Program-made: the position numbers and the translations under genes
Shown: positions 27,501 to 40,687 of the stretch, one piece after another
How the letters are laid out: each line of letters begins with the position of its first letter
Position numbering within the stretch: position 1 is the stretch's first letter
Notes under the pieces: generated by a model
What the model was told of the DNA's origin: nothing
Databases searched by the model: none
What the model saw: only the letters and a program-made list of their open reading frames with translations
Source: Eledone cirrhosa
Taxonomy: Eukaryota
Length of the DNA stretch: 64,000 nucleotides
NCBI GenBank assembly: GCA_964016885.1
Contig: OZ024742.1
Location: forward strand, 116,002,001-116,066,000
Reading direction: 5' to 3'

Positions 27501-28996
27501 GAGTTCAGGCAATGAATAGCACATTAACTAACTGCCGGATGCCAGAGCCAGATGAAGAAATGGAGGTAGCACAAGACATTTTTCAGGAGACAAACTACGA
27601 TATTCAAGCATTGCGTAAGTTTGTGGATGAAGATGAACCTCTATTGATGGATGACCAGAAATACGCCTACCACAACATTATCGAAAACATTCAAAATGAC
27701 AAGGGGAAGACTTTTCTTCATCGATGCTCCTGCTGACACAGGCAAGACATTCCTCATAAACCTCCTGCTTGTAAAAGTTCGCCAAAAGTAACATATTGAC
27801 CTTGCTGTGGCTTCACGTGGCATTGCAGCAACACTTCTGGATGGAGGAAGAACTGCATACTCCATGTTTAAGCTGCCTATAGATCTCACATGGCATGAAC
27901 AATCTTTTTGCAACATCAAGAACTCACCCAAGGGCAAGCTTCTGCAAATATGCAAAATGATAATTTGGGATGAAGCTATGAGCCATAAGGGAGCAATTGA
28001 AGCTTTGGACCGGACGATAAGGGATCTGAGAGAAAATAGTTACATAATGCGAGGAGTGACAATGGTTCTTGCTGGTGATTTCAGACAAACTCTGCCTGTA
28101 ATTCTTCGAGAGACTCGAGCTGATCAGATCCATGCCTGTCTGAAAACATCCTATCTCTGGCCACACTTTCAGCTGCTGAGCCTTACAAACCAACATGCGA
28201 GTGCACTTAACTGGTGACGAAGGTGTCAGTGAGTTTGCCATCCAACTACTTAAATTGGGATATGGACTTCTTGAAAAGGACTCCAATGACCATATTCAGT
28301 TGTCCTTTGGCCATATCATTGACACAGAATAAGAACTGATTGCCAGAGTGTTTCCAAACGTTCAGACCAGGCAATGTGATCCGAAATGGCTCTGTGAACG
28401 AGCAATCTTAGCACCTAAAAATGTTGCTGTGAAAGAAATCAACAGATCGCTGCTAGAGATGTTCCCGGGAGAGAAATATGCTACAAATCAGTTGACACAA
28501 TCACTTCTCACGACCAGGTTGTAAACTATCCAACTGAATTTTTGAACCGTCTTGAACAAGCGGAAATTCCTCCACACAACTTGATACTGACGCTTGGAGC
28601 ATCGGTTATGCTACTTCGCAATCTGGATCCTCCAAAACTTTGTAATGGCACAAGACTCATCATCAAAAATATGATGTCCTATGTTCTAGAAGTTGTAATC
28701 ATGTCAGCAAAATTTGCTGGTGACAATTGTTTCATTCCCAGAATACCTCTGAAGCCAACTTATTTGCCATTTGAATTTCAAAGACTTAAAATTCCGATCA
28801 GGGTCAGTTTTTCCATGACCATTAATAAATCTCAAGGGCAATTATTGAAAGTCGTTTGGTTGAATATGGCAGATCCTGACTTTTCAGATGTCAACTCTAT
28901 GTTGGCACAACAAGGGTTGGGAATCCTTATTGTCTCTTCATTGTGGCACCACAGGGCAAAACCAAGAATGTTGTTTATCCAGAGGCTTTGGAATGA
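24580..28996 (+). pseudogene. Helitron Rep/helicase (HUH endonuclease + PIF1 helicase), multiple stops and frameshifts
   Basis: CQYCGAKKW..CSKG zinc finger. Rep motifs GRPDLFITFTCN, EWQKRGLPHSH, YVTKY. Helicase motifs DAPADTGKT, IIWDE, GDFRQTLPV, MLLRNL..LCNGTR, FSMTINKSQGQ. Confidence 0.95.
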
Positions 28997-29981
28997 GCAA
29001 TGTTGTAATTCCCCATTCAATGACAATACACACAGATCTTAATTCCTTAGTCATGTAGTTTGCAAGGAATTCTGAAGCCGCAAATTTACTGCAAGGTATT
29101 ACTTTGGAATAATATGCAGGTATTCCCGGGCACCTCTGCTATATAAAGTGAAGACTGTGTTGGGTAGAAATAGCAGACAAATTTCTTTCAAATCCCACCT
29201 TACTTTCTCAGGTATGTATATATGTATGAAGCAAAAATGAATGTTTCTATGTGATAACTCGATCTACTAGAAATATTAGCAAAATCCATTTCAAATCACA
29301 AACAACTGTCTTACACACATACATGTTTGTGTATGTATCTATGTATGTCCTGTGAGCCACTATAACTGATGGTATAGCTAATAGAAATAGAAAACAAATC
29401 TCCCTCAAACAAGATCCTACTGCCATAGAGGCAAAGATTGGTGAAAGCTACAGTGTACGAATTTAAATACACTTTTCCCGAATCACAGAAATGAGTAAGT
29501 AAATGCTTCATTCAATCATTACCAAGGCTAAATTTATTTTCTTATTTTATTTATGGTTTTTAAAATTATCTTTACAGGTTGTTTTAATTTCAGAGGTTCA
29601 GATTGAGCCAAAGAAAGAAAGAAAGAAAGAAAGAAAAGGATAAATAAAAAAAAATCTAAATTTATTTTTTTGGTCATGCCCTTTTCAATGACAACATACC
29701 TATTGATTCATCTATGAGTAAAGCATTATATATCCTGACTGTAATAGGGAGCAGTATTCAACTAATCACCACTGGAAAAAACTAATATTTTTATCTAGAT
29801 GATTTACTTTGACCAAACCGCAATAAATATTCTGCTATAATTCCTACTTTGGTTAAAATTCAGCAATCATATTTGAATGTCAAATATTTTTTAATGTGTG
29901 CCAAATATATTGTAACTTTCATAAAATACCCAGGCATCACCGGGTAGCTCAGCTAGTATATATATATATATATATATATAT

Positions 29982-30143
<162 letters not shown>

Positions 30144-30208
30144 TGCAAGATTGTTTTCTGAAAACGTGTGTTGAAACAGATATTATTACACTTTGGGAGG
30201 GTGAGGTT

Positions 30209-30415
30209 GGTGGATTGGCAGTATCGGTAGAGGGCGGATGCCATGCGTTGCAGCATAGTCTTACGTCCCTTTATGATCTGAGTTCAAATCCCGCCGAGGT
30301 TAACTTTACCTTTCATAATTACGGGGTCGATAAAATATAACGTACCAGTTGGATCAATTTAATCGACTTTCTTCTACCCCGAAATTGCTGGCCTTGAGCC
30401 TATATAAGAAACTAT
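30209..30415 (+). mobile_element. tRNA-derived SINE
   Basis: Same family as 24002-24192. Confidence 0.85.
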
Positions 30416-32129
30416 TATACTTTGCGAGAGTAATAAATATCGAACGTACGTGTTGGGTTCCACTTCAATTTTTCAATATAAATTCCCAGTCGGTTAGTTA
30501 CACCACCGGGTCGTTGTTTAGTTATGTATGCCATCAAAGCTCTCTCCTGACATATACTGAGATCTTCTCAGTTGATTATTTTTGATGTGATTGTTTGCCT
30601 CTTTTGTTCTGTCTTACACCATCTTGTTTTGTAGGCTACGCATACGTTGTATCCGCGTATGTGTGTATTTGGGGTGTATGGGTGAGTTTCATTTATTTAT
30701 TTACTTGTTTATTTACTTATACGTCTCTTTATGTTCTCTCTTTCCTACTTGTCAATAGTAGGTTGCTTGTTCTATCTCTGCGTATTTGATTTATCTCTCA
30801 TTAATTAAGTTTTTGTGCGTTCAGCAACAAACCGATCCCCGAAAACCATGACAAAGTAAGGAAAATGATCACTCATGCGGTGTTGGTCAGTAGAAGACTA
30901 ACATAGCAATGCTGATGATAATGGTCAACTCCTCCTCTTGGGTATCGATACCAGAGAGCTGGGACTCCCTGATATAGTATTTTGTTATTCTAATATTTAT
31001 CCCTAGATCAGCTTTGCATTGCAGTCATGCCGATACGTTCTTTGTATATACGTGAGGCTACATTATCAAAAATATCTTTATTCAAAACAGTATGATTTCT
31101 TTTGAAGAAAACTTAATTGCGGTCTCTGTCAGCTAGATGTTATTTATTGTTTAACCCTCAGAGGTAACTTTGGAAATTAAGTTTATGTTAAGCGATATTC
31201 AAAGTGTGATCACTTTGGTTTTTTGTAAATCCGTGTGCATCTAGAACTGCAGTACGCAGAATGTCATTTTATTTTTATGAAAATAATTTGAATATGCAGG
31301 CCTTTGACCCCGTTCTTCTTCTTTCATTGTTTTCCCTCTCATGTTTCTTCTTTTAATAATGTATAGATATGTGAATAAAATTTATTTCATAAAAGTTTAG
31401 GGAATTCAGGCGCAGAAATAACTATAAAACCCCCAACTGCTATGGTGATCATAACCAAAACAACTTAATAAATTGAAGAGCTATCAAAGTGCAAAGTTCG
31501 CCTGTGCAGACAATAGGTGTTATGTAACTGAAATGTTATTAATAACTGATTTAAGCCTGGTAATGGGAATGGACTGTTTGTTCCAAAATAATACAATATT
31601 CACTCGGTAGCATCTATTGTGACTTCAATATTGTGAGTGTGCGCATTTTATAGATGTTTCGTGACAGAGAATTCTCTTATGCGGGTGTATTCTTAATGTT
31701 GGTGTGATATGTATGTGTAGCTTCCGGACAGTGCTTCCAGAAATTACAATTACCATGAATATATGAAGGAGGAAATGGGTATCCTCAAATTATTTAGTTT
31801 AAAAAAATGTGGATTCGGATTTATAAATTATTGCATATGAATTAACTGATTCGGCGGGCATATAGTGGAGATCCAACAAGCGCAGTTATCTTCTGTAAAT
31901 GTTGGGAACTGAAGGGATAAATTGTTTTTGTAGATATAAATTGTTTGTGTATATATTACTACTATATAAATTTACTTGGTGAGGTGGATGATTTTGGACA
32001 CACTGCGGGACAAAAAATACAACCTGACAAAGGGCGGAAGAACTCATAAGAGTCAACGTCCATCCAAAAATGTGTACATATCTATATACACATGTACATA
32101 TGTATGTGTATGTATATGCGTGTTTATAT

Positions 32130-32840
32130 GCCTGGGGTGTCAGAGAGGGGTATATACCTCTGTAGGAGAGAGTAGCCATGCCCTTTTCAGAACAGCTCGT
32201 CCTACATTGGGTCCCACCTGACACTCAGCTCTCACCTGTGGCGCCAAGAAGCTGTAGCATGTGACAGCGGCCACACCCGGTACACCTCTTTGGCCGGCGG
32301 GCCGACCCAGGTTGAGGGTAGCCAGACGGGTCTGAAACACCCCGGTGAGTTAGATAGTGTATGCCTACCCATGCATGCGAAGACAGGACACGGCGGAGTG
32401 CGTGTAGGAGAACAACATCGTCCCAACGGTCACGAAGGCGGCGACAGCAAGTGGTGTGGAGCGCTAGGGCACGGCAAGGCACTACAGATGTCGTGGCCAT
32501 CCACTGCAGCCAAGGAAGTCTCTGGTCCTGACGGTCCTCCGTACCACCGGATTCTGGCTTTTGCTGCAGAGTGAGTGGGACCGTCACTGTGCACTGGCCC
32601 TCCCTTTATAAACCTTTCCCGCACAGGTTTCTTCTTTAGCGTGCACTCTCAAAGCCCTGCGGTGATGGGCGAGAGGTGGAGGTAACAGGTGGAAGTAACC
32701 TCTGGGAGTTGCCAGTCTCAAACCCGCACGTGGCCCCAAGCGATTCCGGTCTCTTCCCCTGCCCCCACTGTCCCCGGACCTGCAAGTGAAGGATCGGCCT
32801 CCACAGCTACCTTCGCGCCCACGGCAGACGGGAACAACAA
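32130..32840 (+). mobile_element. GC-rich island, probably the 5' UTR remnant of an RTE-type LINE
   Basis: Abrupt GC rise. Sequence recalls RTE 5' UTRs (gacagcggccacacccgg..ggttgagggtagcc..cggtgagttag); from memory, unverified. Confidence 0.35.
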
Positions 32841-33052
32841 TGAAAAAGATGTCATCACCATTTACTATGGAAAACTAAGAATATTCTCTGAAATATGGCT
32901 TTTTTATAGTCCTCCAATTATGAGCAGATGTACTTTTACAATACCAGTATTAATGACATACCTTTAGTGTAGACGAAATGAAAATCAATATTTGCTTATG
33001 CTGTCATGACTGATGTCGAGAAACTAATTACATTTTGTGTTTCTGTTGTAAA

Positions 33053-33089
<37 letters not shown>

Positions 33090-33094
<5 letters not shown>

Positions 33095-33510
33095 GAGGTG
33101 AGTTTTATTGTAGTACAATAAAGCAATGCAGATATCGGATAAGAAGCACTCTACAGTTTGTAGGACTGGAGTATACATAATATATAAGATCAAAAGATGG
33201 TTAAAGGAGTTCCATGTATTTTATTATGCGCATTTCAAAAACAAACATCATCATGCAATAATATTTGTGTTTTCATCAGATAAAACAGGAGGACATGATA
33301 TGAAGGCTAAAAAACACTTGTGGATAGTGGAGTTTTAAATCAACTATGTTGATTTAAAACTGCACTATCCACAAGTGTTTTTTAGCCTTCATATCATGTC
33401 CTCCTGTTTTATCTGATGAAAACACAAATATTATTGCATGATGATGTTTGTTTTTGAAATGCGCATAATAAAATACATGGAACTCCTTTAACCATCTTTT
33501 GATCTTATAT

Positions 33511-33512
<2 letters not shown>
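33090..33512. mobile_element. Fold-back insert (~165-bp near-perfect arms) with hammerheads on both strands
   Basis: 33180-33345 is inverted to 33349-33512. (TA)n on both sides. A longer relative lies at 55387-55990. Confidence 0.85.
33407..33473 (+). ncRNA. Type I hammerhead (family E)
   Basis: ttttat CTGATGA aaacacaaata...tgtttgttttt GAA ATGCGCAT A ataaaa. Also at 33219-33285 (-) and 55883-55949 (+). Confidence 0.8.
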
Positions 33513-33566
<54 letters not shown>

Positions 33567-33580
33567 TATATGTATATTCA

Positions 33581-33665
<85 letters not shown>

Positions 33666-33689
33666 ATAATAATAAATGTGAAGACCCAA

Positions 33690-33726
<37 letters not shown>

Positions 33727-34554
33727 GTATGTATATGTACAGGGAGAGAGAGAAAGGGGGGGGGGATATATAGATTCATACATACATACCGATAAGTATA
33801 CTTCACAAGTGTATAACAGTAGATTATATTCAACATACCAATGTACATGATTGTATGTTTAATCAAACGTTTTCATATATAATTTGAGAATATAAACATA
33901 TGCTACTTCCAAATATTTTAGTCAAATTCTGGTGCTAGTAATTTTTTTTATTTTTAAATAAACATCCTTCATTTACCAATCAAATATTGTTTTCTTATTT
34001 GTTTACTAAGCGGAAAGGCAGCATGTATTACATTTTCCGGTGCACCCTGGACATATAGGCAGGAAGCAGAGCTAGCCCCAAATCCTTCCAAATAAATGGA
34101 CTCACATCAATTGACATAAAGACGAGATCGTGTGGCTATAATTGGGTCAGCATACAAGTCTGCAACTCCAGTAGTCTACAGAAGGATTGGAACTCGGAAA
34201 TCAAACAACCTAAGGAATCTCATATATACTATAATAGTTCCTCCAATCCACTGCTCGTATCAGGTATTTTGTTTTACAGACCATGAAGTGATGAAATGGA
34301 AAGTGGATTTCCGTTGAAATGGAACTCAGATCCCAGAACGATACTCTACTTAATTAATATGTTCGTGTATTTATATACATTACTATGTTATATATATCTT
34401 AAATGTTCTAGTCAAAAATTAATGATATCATTTAATATCACGTTAATTAAGTAAAAGCAGTGAATTATTTACGCCGTATTAAATGATTCATTAGATTCTA
34501 TAAACGCAGTCAACTGAAGGGATAATTTATATACATACATATGTTTATATATAT

Positions 34555-35547
34555 ATGACTAGGGCCAACTTTTTAGATGTCACCCTCGAACTAGATACTT
34601 CCCTCTATTGCCCGTACCACAAACTTAACGAGTTCCTTAGATATATTAATGTTAATTATAACCATCCCCAAAACATCACTGATAACTTAGTAAAAAGTGT
34701 CTCAATTAGAATCTCTGGCCTCTCGGCAAATGAAGATACATTTAACGTCTCCGCCTCCTACTACAATGACGCCCTCGCCCGCACGGATTTAAAGAAAAGA
34801 TAACTTACCTAGAAACCGCCGCAAGACTACCTAGGAGGAATAGGCATAGGCAGATTAATTGGTACACCCCCCACCCGCTTCAATAGAGTGGTCTCTACAC
34901 CTATAGCTAGGACTTTCTTCACTTTGCTGAAAACACACTTCCCCATACAACATAGGTACCACACCATCTTCAATAAGAACACAATAAGACTATCCTACTC
35001 CACTACACCTAACCTAGCTAGGAATATAGCCAATCTCAATTCTAAAAAATTAAATAAGCCAACTACCTCCGAACCCAATCCCGGAATGAAGCCTTGTGTA
35101 ATTGCCAAAATAAGGAAGCCTGCCCACTTGAAAAGAAATGCCTGACAAATGACATCGTATGCAAATGTGATGTCATCTCAGGCATCGATGATAGCAACAA
35201 CAAAAAGACTTACATCGGCATGACTTCCAATAACTTTAAGAACGGTGGTATGCTCATACACACTTTTCAGAAGACCGCACAAATCAAATCAGACAACACA
35301 CGCCTCCTAATTCTGGGACCTCAAAAAGAACTACCCCCCATTCACGCTTAAAAGGAAAATACTCCAGAAAGCGCGCTCATACAAGGGAGGGCACAAGTGC
35401 TGCGACCTTTGTATCTCAGAGAGCTACGAAATATTATTTGCCAAGGGCGCGCTACTGAGCAAACTCTCTGAACACTGCCCGAATTACATGCACAAACACT
35501 TTGCAAATTTCAAATATATTCAGCCAGTGTTAATGCCAGATGGCTAA
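34555..35547 (+). pseudogene. 5'-truncated Penelope-like ORF (RT end, thumb, CxC..CPL linker, GIY-YIG)
   Basis: NFLDVTLEL, YINVNYNHP, YHTIFNKNTIRLSYS, CNCQNKEACPLEKKCL, KTYIGMT, CDLCISE. Starts directly at (TA)n. Confidence 0.9.
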
Positions 35548-35836
35548 AAAGTTTCCCTTTTTTTTTAATCCCTATTCGACAAGATATCCCCACAACGTCC
35601 TTCCAACCCTACCCTACCCCCTCTGACCCGAAACACGGTACTATGGTCATGTAAGTACTTCTTACCTATCTGCTCTTTCCGCATGTAGACCCTACTTCAT
35701 CTGAATACTGTATATATGTCTGTGTGTATTTGTGTATATTTATTAGTGTATGTATGTGCGTATTTGTATGAGTGGCCGTACGATTGTATGCGTATGTTTG
35801 TGTGTACGTGCGTTTATATGCATTTACGTATATGTG

Positions 35837-35906
<70 letters not shown>

Positions 35907-35935
35907 AAAGAATAGAGGTGTATATATATAAGTAT

Positions 35936-38176
35936 AAGTGAAGAATAACATGGTCAACAGTACAAACAAGGAGATTTATTTACAGTCTAACAATTGTTTC
36001 CATGATAGAGTTGGCTAGAAATTGCTAAACACTGAAGACAGCATAACTCAATTTAAAATACATACAACTCCATCATTTCATCAGAAACTGATAAGAAATA
36101 CAAAATACATGCGTATGAATTCAAATTACTACATCAATAATAGTATTAACGAAAAAGAAATAAAGGAAGGAGACAGATGGAAAGGAGAGGGGACACAAAG
36201 AAGAACGGCGAAAGAGAGAACGAAGATATAGTTAAATGTATAACTGGCAAAGTTACGAAATTAAACTATCACATCAAAATAAATATAATATTAATAATAA
36301 AGATACAGATAGAAATAAAGAAGGGGGGATGTAGTAAAGGCAGAGAACAAAAAGAAGGATGAATAAGGAAGAGGAGAAAGAGATAGAGGAATATTAAGAA
36401 AAAGCGAGGAAGCAGGGAAGGATACTAATTATTGATGAATACGGGATACATACCAAATAACAACACACTTAATGTTAGTAATACTTCCCACAACTATAGA
36501 AACAACAAACCTAGGTCTAACCGCATAAATTGGCAGCATACACCTAATTTAAATAAACAGAATGCTAATACAAAAACCACTAGTAGCCATAAAATATGCA
36601 GAAATAGAAACTACTTATGGTTTAATTCAATGTTTAACTCCTCTATTAAAACCAAGCTTCCTTTCACTTTCTTTAAATTAGTTGACAAACACTTCCCTAA
36701 AATTCATAAATATCATAAAATCTTTAATAGAAAAACTATCAAACTATCATACTCCACTCCCAACAACATAGAATCGCACATTCACAACATTAACTACAAA
36801 ATAATTCATAATCCAAGTAGCCAGCATGTAAGGTCCATATCACCAAATACAGACCACACGCATATTACATCATTGCAACCGAACACACGCCCGAGCACAC
36901 CATCACAATACATCAACAAACCTAATTCGCAGCCCATACATAACAATCTTGAAAATGATATAGTAGAACCGGCGCATAGGAAAGCATTTCTATGTAACTG
37001 CCACTTACCTGACAAATGCCTTCTACTAAATAGATGCCTGGAGAAGAATGTAATATACCTGTGTACTATCAACTCAGGTAGCTTGGCATGGTAGTACATT
37101 GGTTCCACCGCAGGTGTTTTTAAAAAAACCATGGTACGTGCACACACATTCTATGATTAATAAGTATCAATCAAATACAACAATTCTCGCCAACAAAATC
37201 TGGCAACTCAGGAATGCAGGCATTGAATACGAAATCAGTTGGTCAATACTTTCAAAGCTAAGGCCTATCAAACTGGTATGTCCCACTGTAGGCTCTGTAA
37301 TATGGAGCTTTTCCAAATTCTTAATATCAGTAAAATTCTTCTGATCATTTTATCCTAACATGTAATACATCGCAAATTAACTAATTTAAATATTCAATTA
37401 TTTATTTATTTAGTTATTATTGATCTATTTATTCTCATCTCTACGTTTCACATATTATACCTTTTTTTATAACAATAGATGTAAATTGTTTATTTATTTA
37501 TCTATCTATGTATTTATCTATTTATCTATCCTTTTATTTATGCATTTATTTATTTATTTATCTCTTTGCTTAAATCTCTGTTTCTTATTTGCTTTCATCC
37601 CTGCAGTAATGTATATTCGTCCGTCTGTTTATCTTCCTTTTTCTCTCCTTCCTATCCCGTAATCATCAATAATTATTATCCTTCCTTGCTTCTTTCCTCC
37701 TTCTTTTTCTTCCTCTATAGCTTTCTCAGCTTCCTTATTCATCCTTCTTTTTCTTCTCTGCATTTACTACATCCCCCCTTCTTTCTTTCTATATGTATCT
37801 TTATGATTAATATTATATTTATTTTGATGTGATAGTTTGATTTCGTAAATTTGCTGGTGATACATTTAACTATATCTTCGTTCTCTCTTTCGCCGTTCTT
37901 CGTTTTTCCTCTGCTTTCCATCTGTCTCCCTTCCTTTATTTCTTTTTCATTAATACTATTATTGATATAGTAATTTGAATTTATAAGTTTACCGTTACGC
38001 ATGTATTTTGTATTTCTTATCAGTTTCTAATGAAATGATGGAGGTTGTATGTATTTTAAATTGAGTTATGCTGTCTTCAGTGTTTAACAATTTCTAGACA
38101 ATTCTATCATGGAAACAATTGTTAGACTGTAAATATATCTCCTTGTTTGTACTGTTGACTATGTTATTCTTCACTT
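35936..38176 (+). mobile_element. Penelope-like element: inverted pLTR + truncated ORF (36450-37344) + 3' pLTR
   Basis: 35936-36449 is the reverse complement of 37653-38176. ORF has WFNSMFN..DKHFPKIHKYHKIFNRKTIKLSYS..CNCHLPDKC..VIYLC..YIGST. Confidence 0.9.
35983..36090 (-). ncRNA. Type I hammerhead with long helix II (family F) in pLTR
   Basis: cagttt CTGATGA a-atgatggagttg...caactctatcat-g GAA ACAATTGT T agactg. Sister copy 38021-38129 has CTAATGA. Confidence 0.8.
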
Positions 38177-38356
38177 TTTGTATTACTCCAAGATAAATTT
38201 ACAAGTGAAGTCATAAACTCGTCACCCACGTAAACCTCTTGTTGAGTCACACAGAACTGTCCGTGATAAGTAGTTATCACAGACCCTTATCGGATTACCT
38301 TTAACGATTTATTGTTATCCTACATTTATATATATATATATATATATATGTGTGTC

Positions 38357-38503
<147 letters not shown>

Positions 38504-38531
38504 CAGAGTATAACAGTTTTAATATAGATGA

Positions 38532-38580
38532 GATTCTACAGGACTAGAACTGTTTCATTCATTAGAAATCATCAGGAATC
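38532..38580 (-). ncRNA. Type I hammerhead with true stem-loop helix III (family G)
   Basis: gattc CTGATGA t-ttc taat gaa-t GAA ACAG ttctagtc CTGT A gaatc. The copy at 62243-62293 has helix I agcttc/gaagct. Confidence 0.8.
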
Positions 38581-38676
38581 ATCATATATATATATATATA
38601 TATATTTGAATCATCATATATATATATATATATATATATTTGTATGTATGAATGTGCGTATGTATGTAGATATGTA

Positions 38677-38754
<78 letters not shown>

Positions 38755-38889
38755 GAGGTTATATTTAATTTGTCGGGATTCAACAAGCTTAAACATTTTT
38801 TTTTATGACTGATATAAAGCACTCAACAGTTTAGTGGAGTAAATATTCAATATATTAATAAATGGAAACTATATTTATAAAACCATAAT

Positions 38890-38955
38890 TATTTTATTAT
38901 ATATATTTCAAGGGCAACCAAGGCAAATTTTGGTGTGCTTTCATCAGATAAAATA
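38890..38955 (-). ncRNA. Type I hammerhead (family H) in solo pLTR fragment
   Basis: tattttat CTGATGA aagcac-accaa..ttggt-tgccctt GAA ATATATAT A ataaaata. Homologous to the termini of the 43169-47803 element. Confidence 0.78.
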
Positions 38956-39076
38956 CAAATTTGTTTTATAAATATTGACATACCCGAATAAAGACAACCT
39001 TAAAGGTTGAGGTTCGCAGGATAGTTTGCAATTTTCAATTGTTGAAAATTGCAAACTTGACTGTCACCACAGAATG

Positions 39077-39115
39077 TGAACCTGAAGATTGCGAAAGCAT
39101 GAAAGTACTTGTTCA
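39077..39115 (+). ncRNA. Minimal type I hammerhead (family L)
   Basis: tgaac CTGAAGA t-tgc gaaa gca-t GAA AGTACT T gttca. GNRA-capped helix II, palindromic helix III, CUU site. Confidence 0.75.
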
Positions 39116-39248
39116 ATTAACACAAAACATTTAATATTCTACCATACTATTTCATTCTAATACCATTATAATTTTAAAGGATTGTAAATTAGACAAAGTT
39201 GTAACTCCTTTTATTAATATATATATATATATGTGTGTTTATGTATGC

Positions 39249-39406
<158 letters not shown>

Positions 39407-39407
39407 G

Positions 39408-40687
39408 CAAATAAAGTGATCTACAATAGTAATGCTGATTACTATAACTCAGCGCTAGCTAAAGCATCCCACAGTCATAGGTTCAGCTATAATCCTAAGG
39501 GACATGATCGAGATGATCCAAGGGGGCCCCGGGCCAATACGCTCAGGGGCATGAGTCACCCATCTAATACCTCCGTGACCAGTAGTAACACTCCCAGACC
39601 CCTATCCGTCACCACCCCCTGTAGAAGGTCCAGCATACCCCACCGGTCTAATACCTACAACGCTGAAGACCACTGCGGTGCGCAGCATAGGCACTCCTGC
39701 ACCGGCCCCACAATCCACCGAACCCGCGCAGCTTTTTAGCCCCACGGTGGGCCCATAAAACCCTCATGATAGTGACCGCCCCGCACACCTGAGTGACACC
39801 AACCGAGCTCGACCTGAGCTGTGCACAACCCCGCGATGGACCACGGCGGACACCCAACTACCCCGCAAGAATAGGACTAGGAAGGTCACATGGTATAACC
39901 CTCCGTACTCGATGGGTCTACGTACCAGCCTGGCTAGAACATTCTTTAGAGTACTTGATAAATGTTTCCCTAGGACCTGCAAATACCATAAAATATTCAA
40001 CAGGCACACGGTGAAGCTTTCGTACTCAACCACACGCTCCGTAGCCCAGTACATAGCTGGCATAAATAGGAATAGGCTCATTGCCTCTAATACCACCATA
40101 AACACCGGAACCATCCAACGGAACCAGCACGCGGGACGCACCAGATCCCGGGCAGGCCCAACTAGCACAGCGGAACCCAACAACCCGGTACTGATTGCTG
40201 CTGCTTCCTAGCCCACCCCGAGTGATGGTAACCACGCGGTACATGTACAGGGCTTAAGAATTCATGCAATTGCAGAGACCCATCACTATGCCCCATTAGT
40301 AATGAATGCATAACAAAAAACGTAGTCTACAGGTGCAAGGTCACAACCTCTCACTCGGAGCACCACTATATAGGATCCACAACGACGAGCTTCTAAGATA
40401 GGTGGTATAACCATCGCCATTCCTTTAACAGAATAGAAAAGAGGAAACATACGGCCCTTTCTGAATTGATCTGGAAGCTCAAACTTGAAAAGACTCCGCA
40501 CTCTCTGGTCTGGTCAGTGGTTAGAAAGGTTCCCCCAGACATAGGTGGGTCTGGTATTTGCAACCTCCGTCTTAGTGAGACACTAGAGATACTTCATGAC
40601 GGAACCAAGCTATTAAACAGAAGGGCCGACTTATTCGGCGCCTGCAGACATCTATGGACGGGAACTTTCCTAAAGTTATATGGATAA
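39408..40687 (+). pseudogene. 5'-truncated GC-rich Penelope-like ORF (thumb + GIY-YIG)
   Basis: [85 protein letters not shown]. Probable 3' UTR to ~42750. Confidence 0.9.

Larger units (their letters stand above)
22702..29956 (+). mobile_element. Decayed autonomous Helitron
   Basis: 3' end: hairpin taccc-aggcatcacc-gggta (29927-29946), CTAG (29953-56), then T. 5' end tatatatataaatg..tgtgtgtccgc is approximate and merges with (TA)n. Contains a RepHel pseudogene. Confidence 0.85.
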
